Source of the DNA: Octopus vulgaris
Taxonomy: Eukaryota
Direction: 5' to 3'
NCBI GenBank assembly: GCA_951406725.2
Contig: OX597833.1
Location: forward strand, 46,810,001 to 46,874,000
DNA: 64,000 nucleotides
The translations under genes and the position numbers were made by a program. Under the pieces are notes generated by a model that did no database searches, was not told the DNA's origin, and worked only from the letters and a program-made list of their open reading frames with translations. How positions within the stretch are numbered: position 1 is the first letter of the stretch; each line of letters starts with the position of its first letter. This document shows, in pieces, positions 1 through 11,227 of the stretch.

Positions 1-755
1 TTCTGCCAGCTCACCACCTTCAAATTTACTTTAACTTTCAGTATAGATATTTATAATAGCCATTGTCTTTAATATCTAGGATAAGAGAATTTTCTAGTGC
101 TGCTCATATTCATCAACAAGTTGACAGCCATCATGTATGTATGTATGTTTTCTTTGAGATTCATTTAAGTTATCCTTCATGGAGTTCAAGCCAGTGACAA
201 GGTTCTTTGAGTTAAGACAGTTCCTGGGATTTGTAAATATGTGGTTGAGCTAATCAATATCTATAAAACTGAAACGTGAAAAAGTTGCTTGATTTCTTGG
301 TTATTTGTCTCATTTTGGAATGGGAACGCTTTAAGGGACGGTAGATGGGGTCAGATTGGCACCCAAATTTACACGGGGGGGGAGGGTTAAAATGGGGTGG
401 CCAATGGTGTGAGGAGGGTTGCAAGTCACTCGGGGCTACCGTTTGATTGCCATGATGAGGAATATGGGAAAAGGAGAAAAGAAAGAGTGGAAGAAGAGAA
501 AGAAGAAAAAGAAGATAAAGACGAGGAAAAAATAAGAAAAAGGAAAAGAAGAGGGCAATAAAAAGAACCAGGCAAAGACGACGAACAAAAGAAGAAAAAA
601 GGGAAAAGGAGACAACACACACAAAACAACACCACCACCAAAACCCGAGCAAGGCACGGGTCAAAATAGCTAGTGTGTGCATAAATGTAGATGTATACAC
701 CTGTACTTATGTCTTCTGTAAACAGGTCTCTTTAGTACTTAGGTGTTTGTGCATA

Positions 756-1267
756 CAGTAAATCCTCAAGTATAATCCACATTTTTTCCCCAAAATTTAA
801 AGGTCAAAATCCCTAGTGCGTACTATATACGAGGTTAAAAATGAAAAATATTTTCTAAGCAATGTCCAAGTCTCTATATGCTGTCTGGCAATGTTTATTC
901 AGACGCATTTTGTGATGTCGGGCACGAAAATACCTTAAGCTAAGCCTGAAAGCAATGAAGTCATAAAAGAATCATCCATAACTTGCAGTAAGCAACATTT
1001 ATTAAATGTTATTACTGTTATTTCTTTATTTTCTGCAAACAAAATGCACAAAAAAGCTACACGTTTGCATTATATTATATATACAATAATAATAAAGGAC
1101 ATTACCGTATACATTTTTACAAACCAAGGACGTTATATAGACCGCCTTGACTCAAGTTAAAGAAGGGGTGTGTATTATACACAAGGTTTAGGTTTTTCAG
1201 AGGTACAGCCCCCTAAAAATCCCTTGCGTATTATACACAAGGGCAGACTACACTCAAGGATTTATGG
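756..1267. mobile_element. Non-autonomous Tc1/mariner-pogo-type MITE (~510 bp)
   Basis: TA|cagtaaatcctcaagtataatcc ... gactacactcaaggatttatgg|TA: imperfect ~25-bp TIRs (differences mostly CpG decay) with flanking TA. The left end recurs inverted at 62777-62898. Confidence 0.8.
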
Positions 1268-1806
1268 TATGTACATTCTTCATCACTTTTTACATACATG
1301 CCTTTGTAGATGCACACAACAAAGTGTGCACATTTATTCACTTAAAGAATCTCAGATGGAAAATCTTTGGATTGTCTGGCAAATTTTTACTGTTCTGCTA
1401 CTAGAATGGAATTGGAGAATGAGTTATTGGTGTCTTTTGTTCTTAGAAAATCCTAGCATTTCTAGGATTTTGTGCAAATGTGTAGTATGTATGCATGTAT
1501 GTGTGTGTGTTTGTGTACATAAGTATGTGCAGACAAACATATACACTGTAGTTCCTTTATTTAATGTTAGGTTTGTTCGTGCTAATAAGGGCTTGACAGT
1601 GACTTCTGAGGTAGGATTCTACAGTCAGATGCACCTCTTGTCACCATCTTACATTTTGCAAATAAGGAATGTCATATTCTAAAGGTCTTTGAAAGAGCAG
1701 AGTGACCAGTCATAATGTCAACTGAGAATGTAAACACCATATCATTGGCAGTAACAAGAAAAGGAGTGGGATATTAATACACACACACAAAGGCTTGCAT
1801 GGCAGA

Positions 1807-1902
1807 TTCCCACAATTTCCTTTTACCAAATCTACCAACAAGACATGGATCAGCCCAGGTCAATTGTACAAGACACTTATTCAAGGTGCCATGCAGTGGG
1901 AC
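1807..1902. repeat. Left arm of a 96-bp inverted duplication (partner 2972-3067), inside a diverged SINE-A copy
   Basis: Reverse complement matches 2972-3067 with 1 mismatch, including positions where both differ from other SINE-A copies. Confidence 0.9.
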
Positions 1903-2300
1903 TGAACCTCAAACCCACATGGTTGCAAAACACATTGCCGTGCTTCTAACTTTAGTTAATTTGTACAGTTGACTAATGGAGTTGGTATGTAGTTAATTAG
2001 GCAGAACAATCGAACAACATCTCTTTACCATAGATGAAAGCAATTTTTTTTCTAACAAAATATCACAAAACAAGTTCCACACTATTAGAAGGAGGAGCAG
2101 AAGGAGGTCAAGAATGAACCACAATAATCAGTTTTTTCAGTGTCACATTCACACGTACACACTAACATGATGGTCAAGTATGATCTTAACAGTGATGTCT
2201 AAAACAAACTAAAGAACTAACAATAAATATACAAGACATCCTCTCTCATCTGCCTTACAGAGGAATGAGGCCCAACAAACTGGTACTGTGTCAGTTACAT

Positions 2301-2442
2301 ATTTCTTTATTGCCCACAAGGGGCTAAACATAGAGGGGACAAACAAGGACAGACAAATGGATTAAGTCGATCACATTGACACCAGTGTGTAACTGGTACT
2401 TAACTTATTGACCCCGAAAGGATGAAAGGCAAAGTCAACCTT
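2301..2442 (-). mobile_element. SINE family B, 3' half
   Basis: Reverse complement of gactttgcctttcatcctttcggggtc...ttagccccttgtgggcaataaagaaat, shared with 4890-5120 and 41970-42187. Confidence 0.85.
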
Positions 2443-2444
2443 AT

Positions 2445-2766
2445 TGTTTGCAAGCCTAGTACTTATTCCATCAGTCCATTTTGCTGAACCACTAAGTTAC
2501 AGGGACATAAACACACCAACATCGATTGTCAAGCGATGCTGGTGGGGGGGACAAACAGACACACACACACACATGTATATATATATATATATATATATAT
2601 ACGACAGGCTTCTTTCAGTTTCTGTCTACCAAATCCACTTACAAGGCTTTGGTCGGCCCGAGGCTAGAGTAGAAGACACTTGCCCAAGGTGCCACACATT
2701 GGGACTGAACCCGGAACCATGTGATTGGTAAGCAAAGCTACTTACCACACAGCCACTCCTGCACCT
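2445..2766 (-). mobile_element. SINE family A (tRNA-derived head, internal TA/CA microsatellite), 3'-truncated
   Basis: Matches 8808-9214 in reverse. Head ggagtggctgtgtggt...ggttcagtccc has Pol III A/B-box-like motifs. Confidence 0.85.
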
Positions 2767-2797
2767 AAATGGAACTATATGGAGCTATGTGGAACTA

Positions 2798-2971
2798 TCA
2801 TCATCATCATCATTTAGCGTCCGCTTTCCATGCTAGCATGGGTTGGACGGGTCAACTGGGTTCTGTGAAGCTGGAAGGCTTCGTCAGGCCCAGTCAGATC
2901 TGGCAGTGTTTCTACGGTTGGATGCCCTTCCTAACGCCAACCACTCCGCGAGTGTAGTGGGTGTTTTTTAC
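2798..2971 (-). mobile_element. Family C retroposon (RTE-related, (GAT)n tail), 5'-truncated
   Basis: (cat)n tail, ccatgctagcatgggttggacg and ggatgcccttcctaacgccaacc, shared with about ten other copies in the window. Confidence 0.8.
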
Positions 2972-3067
2972 GTCCCACTGCATGGCACCTTGAATAAGTG
3001 TCTTGTACAATTGACCTGGGCTGATCCATGTCTTGTTGGTAGATTTGGTAAAAGGAAATTATGGGAA
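2972..3067. repeat. Right arm of the 96-bp inverted duplication of 1807-1902
   Basis: 95/96 identity to the reverse complement of 1807-1902. It abuts the truncated end of the family C element. Confidence 0.9.
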
Positions 3068-3578
3068 CTATATGGGAACTCACGACCAACATTCCCGGGG
3101 TTAAACAACAGCAAACACAGACAAAATGAAAGAGAAGGAAAGGAAGTAGGTAACAAATGCACATAAACCTGACACAAAGACTTATCACGGTAAAAACATA
3201 TCAGAACAATCATATTTAGACAATATTTAAATGAACAACAGAGTAATTTCATTAATTAGACAGTCTAGTAACTGTGATTTTACTCACTCTATATACCAAG
3301 TCTATATGAATCATTTTATTAATTTTTAATTTTGTTTTTGTTTTTTGTTTTTTTCTTTTCACATAAAGTACCTTTGGTTATAACCAGGAAATGGTCCGAT
3401 AAGACTGTTTATTCTAAATTTAATTTTCAAAAGCTCAAAAAAAAAAAAAAATTTTACTTAAAATTGATTGATTATTTATTTTGGTGATAAACTATATGAA
3501 TTATAAATTTGAAATGAAGACTATCGTATTTAACAAATAACAACAACAACAACAATGATGATGATGATGATGATGATG

Positions 3579-3623
<45 letters not shown>

Positions 3624-3887
3624 ACATAAATAAAATCATACCAGAACAATCATATTTTGGTGTAAGTGAGTAATTTGTTTTAATTACAGAGATTTTTTTG
3701 CTTATTGTTTTTGTTTTGTTCATTTAGTTGAAAGATTTGGGGGCGGGGGCGGGGGGGGGGGCAGAAGTTGATAAAGCTCTTTTGGTAATTATGGGGAAAG
3801 ATCAGGAAGTGGTCTGATAAGGTTATTTATTCCAAATCTAACTCACAAAAATTTCCTAGAATGATTATTTACTCCACTGATAAGCCT

Positions 3888-4056
3888 TCTTTCTCTCTCT
3901 CTCTCTCTCTCTGTATGTATATATATATATACACACACAAACACATATATATATAGACACACACACACACATACATACATACATGCATATATATATATAT
4001 GTGTGTGTATGTAAATATATATATACATATATACACACACATTCACCCATACATAC

Positions 4057-4108
<52 letters not shown>

Positions 4109-4260
4109 CACACACACATATATTTACACACACACACACACACATATAGACACATACACACAAATGCATATACAGATGCACATACATTCATACATGTATG
4201 TGTGTGTACTTTATCTTACAGTTGTAGTTGTTATTATTATTATTATTATTATTATTGTTA
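3888..4260. repeat. Compound microsatellite (CT)n/(TA)n/(CA)n/(TTA)n
   Basis: Direct inspection. Confidence 0.95.
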
Positions 4261-4889
4261 ATTTTATGTGCTCCACTAACCCACTTCTTCTCTCTCACTT
4301 TTACAGCAATTATTTATTTATCAAGTTAAATGCAGCTGTATGCTGTTAATAATAATATAATTTTTTTTTTTCCTATTTTATGGCTGTGTCAGAGGTGAAA
4401 AATCAGTGCCCATGACCTTTACAATCATTGCCAAGATTCTTGGAATGAAAAAGGAAGGAATGTCGAAGGACACAGGCAAGGAAGTGGGTGAGGAGAACAG
4501 TCTAAAGAATTTCATTGCACATACACATGTTTCTGGGGTTGACCTCACCAATTCGCACCTTGGGAAAATATTATTTCAGGGGTTTCATCACACCAAGCAG
4601 AGGCCAGAGTTGACCAGCTGATCAATATATTGAGAGAGAGAGAGAGAGAGAGAGTTTGGTAGGTGGAAATTGTGCAGAAGACTGGTCGATCTTATATCTT
4701 TTACTTGTGCTAGCCATTGGACTGTGGCCATGCTAGGGCACCACCTTGAAGGATTTAGTCAAACAGATCGATGCCAGTACTAGTTTTTTTAAAGTCTGTT
4801 ATTTATTCTATCAGACTCTTTTGCTGAGCTGCGAAATAATGGGGTCATAAACAAACCAACACTGGTTATCAAGCAGTGGAGAGGACAAA

Positions 4890-5120
4890 GGCGGCGAGCT
4901 GGCTGAAACGTAAGCATGCCTGGCGAGATGCATAGCCGTATTTCGTTTGCCGTTACGTTCTGAGTTCAAATTCCGCCGAGGTCGACTTTGCCTTTCATCC
5001 TTTCGGGATTGATAAATTAAGTACCAGTTACACACTGGGGTCGATATAATCGACTTAATCCATTTGTCTGTCCTTGTTTGTCCCCTCTGTGTTTAGCTCC
5101 TTGTGAGTAGTAAAGAATAG
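4890..5120 (+). mobile_element. SINE family B, full length
   Basis: tRNA-like head ggcggcgagctggc...gagttcaaattcc, central gactttgcctttcatcctttcggg domain, tail ttgtcccctctgtgtttagctccttgtgagtagtaaagaat. Confidence 0.9.
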
Positions 5121-5130
5121 GAGAAGACAA

Positions 5131-5177
<47 letters not shown>

Positions 5178-5873
5178 GGATTGTAACGCAGGAATAATTC
5201 AAATACTTTTACTTCTGACACAGGTTTTGAAGATTTCACTGATATTATTCCAAAGGAATAAATGATGTAAAACAATGTAATCTTTTCTTCAGGGAAGTGA
5301 AGAAATGAAACTCGTCAATAAGACATTTTAACAGAAAATGATGGATATGTATAGTGATTTACTGAACACTATTAATATTGTTTGAAAAAACATTATATAA
5401 CGTCAGAAGTAGCCTTATAGAAAGGGGAGGGATTTCTTTTTTAGTGAATGTTAAATATAAAAAGAAAATAAATGTTTAAATTGTATATAATAATAGAGAT
5501 TACTTATATGAACTAAAGGTGTGTTTTTGCCAATGTTTACATCGGTATTCACACTCTATATCTGTGTTTACTAGGGGATTTTTAGAAAAAATAATGAAAA
5601 ATAGTTCAGAATTGCAGAGAAGACAGATTTCCTTGCCTTTATCATAAGGTATCGAGATTGATACCTTATGACAAATTTTAGATCCCAAATTAATTTGCTG
5701 AGCCCTGTACTGCTACGTTTATTTCTATCGCTAAATGTTGAGTAATGGATAGAAACTCTTTTAGATAACTGTAACGACGTGCTTCCAATGAAAAATCGTA
5801 CTTTATTATGAGTACTGATTTTACATTGATATATAGAATTTTATTTGTTAATTGTTAACAGGGGAAAAATACA

Positions 5874-5909
<36 letters not shown>

Positions 5910-6651
5910 ATAGAGAACCAAGATACATGGCACATTACTGTACTCAAGAAGACCTGCCCACCACAACAGAGTTGAGATCCCCAAACCAAGATGCCACATA
6001 AAAACACTCGGTATACTCTGCAAAGTGGTTGGCATTAGGAAGGGCATCCAGCTGGAGAAACCAAACCAAAACAGACTAGGAAACTTGGTGAAGCCCCTGG
6101 CCTTGCCAGTTTCCCTCAGTTTCTGTTGACCAAATTCACTCACAAAGCATTGGGGCTAAAGTAGAAAATACTTGCCCAAGGTGCCACTCATTAGGACTGA
6201 ACCTGAAACCATTTGGTTGCAAATGAAGCTTTTTAACTACAAGGACGTATCTTTTGCAAAACTTTATATCGATAAACAATGTAAACACCAACCAGAAAAT
6301 AAAGAAGAAAAAAACTTATATATGACTTGTGTTAGTGAACATAAACACCTTATGCTATTTGTTCTGCCCGAGTGGCACAGATAATTCCTTGTCAATCTCG
6401 TCAGCACAAAATGCAGTGAACCAGTGATTGCTCTGTTGGAAACCTCTAAACAATGATGCTACAGTTCACAATATGTGATGCATGAAAATGTTGAAATAAA
6501 ATAAAACAAACAACAGCACAAAGTTGTTGTTGTTGTTGTTGTTATTGCTTAGCCCAAGGTTGGTCCAGACTAGACAGACGCATATATTAAAGCTACAACA
6601 ATTCTATTGCTTTTCCATTTCGGTTGGAGGCGGGGTGGTGACTTCTGTGTC

Positions 6652-6683
<32 letters not shown>

Positions 6684-7053
6684 TATATAAGTATATGAAA
6701 TAAAATAAAAAAACAGGACACAAAGGATGTCATGGTACACAAGTTTTGAGCTTTATAAAACAACTTATTCTTACATCAATGTATAATCGACATAACAGAT
6801 AGTTTAAAAGCCCTCTTCAGCCACATGCAATTGCTACACCAAAGACTTGTATCAAATTATGAAAGGTTTGAGAAAGAACATTTGGTATTATTTATAATGG
6901 TAGGTAAACTGAGTATCACTGGGAAAGTATGCTTGTAAATCTTTATAACCAAATAGGTGTACAGGGTATTATTGGACTCCAAAAATCCGTCCGTACTGTT
7001 TTCTCACTCAATATAGAGTGAAAAGTATATGTATATATATATATATATATACA

Positions 7054-7530
7054 TATCATCATCATCATCGTTTAACATCCGCTTTCCATGCTAGCATGGG
7101 TTGGACGATTTCACTGAGGTCTGGTGAACCAGATGGCTGCACCAAACTCCAATCTGATCTGGCAGAGTTTCTGCAGCTGGATGCCCTTCCTAACACCACA
7201 ACCACTCCGAGAGTGTAGTGGGTGCTATTACATGCCACTGGCACGAGGGCCAGTCAGGCAGTACTGGCAGCGGCCACGCTCAAATGGTGCTTTTTATGTG
7301 TCACCTGCACAGGAGCCAGGCCAGCAGCACTGGCAATGACCTCACTTGAATGGTTTTTTCATATGCCACCAGCACAAATGCCAGTAAGGCAACACAGGTA
7401 ATGATCACGCTCGAATGGTGCTTTTTACGTGCCCATCAGCACAGATGCCAGCTTGTTGCTCTGGCAATGATCACACTCGTATGGTACTCTTAGCATTCCA
7501 CTCGCACAAATGCCAGTCATCGAATTTGAT
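7054..7530 (-). mobile_element. Family C retroposon with internal tandem sub-repeats
   Basis: (cat)n tail plus family C body. Diverged units tgccaccagcac...cacgctcgaatggtgctttttacg are repeated several times. Confidence 0.8.
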
Positions 7531-7531
7531 T

Positions 7532-7576
<45 letters not shown>

Positions 7577-8299
7577 ATCATTGTTTAACATCCATCTTCC
7601 ATGCATGCATGGGTAGGACAGTTGACAGGAGCTGGCCAGGTAGAAAACTACCCTAGGTTACTGTGTCTGTTTTGACAGGGTTTTTATGGTTGGATACCCT
7701 TCTTAGCACCAAGCACTCTGCAAAGTGGAATCAATGCTTTTTGTGTGGCATTAGCACAGGCAAGGTTAGTTTTAGCATGATTTTTACAACTGGATGCCCT
7801 TCCAAATGCCAACCATTTTACAGTGTGGACTGGATGCTTTTTACATGGCACCAGCACTGGCAGAGTCACCAAGTAACTCACATGACAAGGAATTTTGAGA
7901 GGGGCAGGGACATTTGAAGAGGGGAACTTGTGTCAGAGGATGAGAGATTAGAGTGTGAGAGAGAGAGGCAGAAACAAGTGTCTTGCTATAATGGAGGGGA
8001 TACTAGAGGAAGTGATCCAGTATCGGATGATGAGAGGCTAGAGGGTAACATGGAAATAGAGAGGCAGAAATAGGTATCTTGCTATAGAGGAGGTACAAGG
8101 TTACACAATGAGAGAGAGATAGAGAGAGAGAGTAGAAAGACAGAGAAGAGAAAGAGAGGGAGAGAGAGGGAGAGAGAGTGAGAGGAAGAGAAAGAGAGTG
8201 GTACAAGAAAGCGGACAGAAACAGGTCCCTCTCCACGCCACCAATGTGTATGTGTATACACACACACATGCATGCACATATTCACATACAGAAAATGAC

Positions 8300-8760
8300 A
8301 TATAAATCTCTGATATGAATTGTGTTGTAGATGAACTCAGTAGATAGCAGACACCCAATCCATTCTGTAAAGTACTTGATGATTGATTGGAAAAGTATGC
8401 TACTATAAAAAAAGAAACAACTATGCCAAAGTACAAGTTGTATGCAACAACAAAGGTTGGCAGGTTTTACTATAGCTGTGTGTGCACCGGATGATGAAGA
8501 AATTTAAGAGGTGAGACAAACAGCGTAAAACATGTTTGACTCCTGCGTGCATGAAATAAAAGACAAAGGCACACATAAAAGGATGGATTGTGACAGCTTA
8601 GATGTAGCATACTATTTTCTGTAATCTATATTTCAGTGTAATGTAGTGAAGTGTACAGCAGACATAGAGAGCTTGGAGGGGTTCCAACAGTTATACATTT
8701 CCATATTAAGCCTTTCACTGCAAAACTAAACTTCATGGTTCTTCCGGTAATGATGTTAAA
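8300..8760 (+). pseudogene. Possible highly decayed MULE/SWIM-type transposase fragment
   Basis: With frameshifts and stops it reads ...FTIAVCAP/MMK...VRQTA*NMFDS...LGGVP, resembling from memory the AICTPLMKR...MFVDS...GGLPLG segment of MULE-like transposases. Not verified by search. Confidence 0.3.
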
Positions 8761-8807
8761 TGTCAACTGAAAATATAATTTAGCATTGCCTTAATAAACT
8801 TGATATA

Positions 8808-9214
8808 GGCGTAGGAGTGGCTGTGTGGTAAGTAGCTTGTTTACCAACCACATGGTTCCGGGTTCAGTCACACTTTGTGGCACCTTGGGCAAGTGTCTTC
8901 TGCTATAGCCCCGGGCCGACCAATGCCTTGTGAGAGGATTTGGTAGATGGAAACTGAAAGAAGCCTGTCGTATATATGTATATATATGTATGTGTGGGTG
9001 TGTTAGTGTGTCTGTGTTTGTCCCCCTAGCATTGCTTGACAACCGATGCTGGTGTGTTTATGTCCCCGTTACTTAGCGGTTCGGCAAAAGAGACCGACAG
9101 AATAAGTACTGGGCTTACAAAAGAATAAGTCCCGGGGTTGAGTTGCTCGATTAAAGGCGGTGCTCCAGCATGGCCGCAGTCAAATGACTGAAACTAATAA
9201 AAGAGTAAAGAGTA
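8808..9214 (+). mobile_element. SINE family A, full length
   Basis: ggcgtaggagtggctgtgtggtaag head, B-box ggttcagtc, ccttgggcaagtgtctt motif, internal microsatellite, 3' stem-loop cagtc-aaat-gactg and (aaagagt)n tail. Confidence 0.92.
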
Positions 9215-9229
9215 ATATATATATATATA

Positions 9230-9453
9230 TATATGTATATGTTTGTGCGTCTGCGTTTGTCGCCCCGACATCGCTTGACAACCGATGCTGGTGTGTTTAC
9301 GTCCCCGTAACTTAGAGGTTCAGCAAAAGAGACCGATAGAATAAGTACTAGGCTTACAAAGAATAAGTCCTGGGGTCGATTTGCTCGACTAAAGGCGGTG
9401 CTCCAGCATGGCCACAGTCACATGACTGAAACAAGTAAAAAGTAAAAGTAAAG
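9230..9453 (+). mobile_element. SINE family A 3' half, in tandem behind the previous copy
   Basis: Repeats 8990-9214 with several differences. Confidence 0.88.
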
Positions 9454-9885
9454 TATATGTCAACAGAAAATACTTCCAAATATGACATTCCTCGACAAAA
9501 AGATAGATTCATCTATAAAACTGCTTCTATAGATGAGGGGGAAAACGATATTTTAAGTGAATGTATCTGCTTTCCACAGTAAAAAGGTTAATTGTTTCGT
9601 TTTTCCCCTTTTACAAGAGTTTATAGTCCACAAGCTTTGCACAACATGGAGACAGATACATTGGCAGACTTAGTGCTGATGCTGATGATGATGGGGAGAG
9701 ATGCTAAAATAGCTTTGTCTTTTATCTCAGACAAAGCCACAGGAAAACATTCAGCAGTTTCAAATATAGCATATGATGATTGATGACTTCAATCCATCTT
9801 TAACTGCAAGTTATTTACACTGTTTCAGAAAAATAAAAAAAAAATGTCTGTTATTCGAGGACATTTAACTATGTCTGTATGTATG

Positions 9886-9925
<40 letters not shown>

Positions 9926-10005
9926 TATGATATCCAACCTCAGCTAGTATGGAAAACAGATGTTAAAAGATCATCATCATCATTGATTTATATTTATATG
10001 TGTGC

Positions 10006-10049
<44 letters not shown>

Positions 10050-10130
10050 CGAGACAAAACCACTATTTTAAAACCAAACAAGGAAAGACTTAATCAAAAC
10101 ATAAAATTTTAATATAAATTAAATAAACCG

Positions 10131-10173
10131 CCACTACAAATGTTTCATGTCTGCTCCGACAATCTTCAGGTGG
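10131..10173 (-). ncRNA. Minimal type I hammerhead ribozyme motif (mirror copy)
   Basis: Exact reverse complement of 10217-10259. Confidence 0.72.
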
Positions 10174-10216
10174 ATTTTCGATCTTCTAATTTGATACTGA
10201 TTAGAAGATCGAAAAT

Positions 10217-10259
10217 CCACCTGAAGATTGTCGGAGCAGACATGAAACATTTGTAGTGG
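10217..10259 (+). ncRNA. Minimal type I hammerhead ribozyme motif
   Basis: CCAC-CUGAAGA-u-UGUC(ggagca)GACA-u-GAAAC-auuu-GUA-GUGG: stem I CCAC/GUGG, canonical core, stem II, very short stem III, GUA cleavage triplet. Confidence 0.75.
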
Positions 10260-10433
10260 TGTTTATTTAATTTATATTAAAATTTTATGTATTGATTAAG
10301 TCTTTCCTTGTTTGGTTTTAAAATAGTGGTTTTGTCTCGAATTATATTATATAATATTTTACTATAAAATTGGATTTAACCCTAAATCTGATTTTTCCCT
10401 GTAATTTTGGATTCATTCCCTAATAATTATTAT

Positions 10434-10480
<47 letters not shown>

Positions 10481-10508
10481 AAAAAGGAGATGTAGAACAC
10501 GAGTTGTG

Positions 10509-10800
10509 ATATATAAAAAAAGGAAATGAAGAAAATGCTGACAAAATAATTTAAGTAAGGGAGAGTGTATTTAATTAGGTGAAAGTTCTTTTTACCGGTT
10601 GCGCATTTGTTATGCTTATCAAAAGATATTTTTTTAAGAGAGAAATATCTATCAGAAAGGAACTCTATCTCTCTTAAAAAAATATCTTTTGATAAGCATA
10701 ACAAATGCGCAACCGGTAAAAAGAACTTTCACCTAATTAAATACACTCTCCCTTACTTAAATTATTTTGTCAGCATTTTCTTCATTTCCTTTTTATATAT
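10509..10800. repeat. Second near-perfect palindrome (~133-bp arms, 24-nt loop)
   Basis: 10509-10643 is the reverse complement of 10668-10800. The ORF track shows the same peptide on both strands. Adjacent to (TA)n tracts. Confidence 0.93.
10686..10723 (+). ncRNA. Variant hammerhead-like motif (U3-A8 core, GCAA in place of GAAA); mirror copy at 10588-10625
   Basis: cuu-UUGAUAA-GCAU(aacaa)AUGC-GCAA-CCGGU-A-aaaag, with palindromic ACCGGU at stem III. Stem I is weak. Confidence 0.4.
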
Positions 10801-10828
10801 ATATATATATATATATACATACACACAT

Positions 10829-11184
10829 AAGGGAATCTTACATTGCTTAGAAACTCTATATTTGGAAGGACTCATATTAAACTCTGTTGGACTTTTGGAT
10901 TTTACTCAAAGGAAATTGAAATATTGCATATATACCATTATGCCTACAAAACGGATTTTACGAATTCAATACCCATACATATCTTACATCTATTTTCTTT
11001 CCTCCACCTCACTCTCTATTTTGTATCACATCGAAACTAACTATGACTTAATTTTTCCTCTCACACCGTCTCCGATGAAGGGATATTATTAATTAATATC
11101 CTAGAAACAGCTGTAAGGCTTTCTATCTATAAATGCTCTAATATCTATAAAGCCTTGGTTATTTATCTTATTGCGCAAAAAATT

Positions 11185-11190
<6 letters not shown>
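10829..11190 (+). mobile_element. Penelope-like element 3'/pseudo-LTR fragment between (TA)n tracts
   Basis: Unique AT-rich block bounded by (TA)n on both sides and containing a hammerhead motif. Confidence 0.55.
11068..11119 (+). ncRNA. Minimal hammerhead ribozyme motif, U4C core variant
   Basis: GUCU-CCGAUGA-ag-GGAUAUUA(uuaau)UAAUAUCC-ua-GAAAC-AGCU-GUA-AGGC, with palindromic ACAGCUGU at stem III. Confidence 0.62.

Positions 11191-11225
<35 letters not shown>

Positions 11226-11227
<2 letters not shown>

Larger units (their letters stand above)
10042..10347. repeat. Near-perfect 306-bp palindrome (~149-bp arms, 9-nt loop), Penelope-like pseudo-LTR inverted pair
   Basis: 10042-10190 is the reverse complement of 10200-10347 with about 2-3 differences. 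Loop ttgatactg. Each arm contains a hammerhead motif. (TA)n lies on the left. Confidence 0.93.

Noticed and set aside
254-700. 148-aa hydrophobic membrane-protein-like ORF (similar at 40721-41131 and 55823-56500)
   Set aside because: The F/L/S richness comes from GA-rich low-complexity sequence on the opposite strand.
3190-3850. Two weakly similar blocks (cagaacaatcatattt; caggaa.tggtc.gataag...tttatt) about 430 bp apart
   Set aside because: Probably an old local duplication, too degraded to define or interpret.
5500-5688. 62-aa Cys-containing ORF as a possible exon
   Set aside because: No recognisable domain, non-ATG start and no convincing splice pair.
6690-7020. Hammerhead on the minus strand at ~6800-6822 (CUGAAGA-gggc)
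   Set aside because: The 3' half of stem II and GAAA are not intact, so it is counted only as a probable decayed remnant.
10420-11092. Mirror ORFs starting MLCLSKDIFLRE on both strands
   Set aside because: A consequence of the DNA palindrome. Both run into (TA)n.
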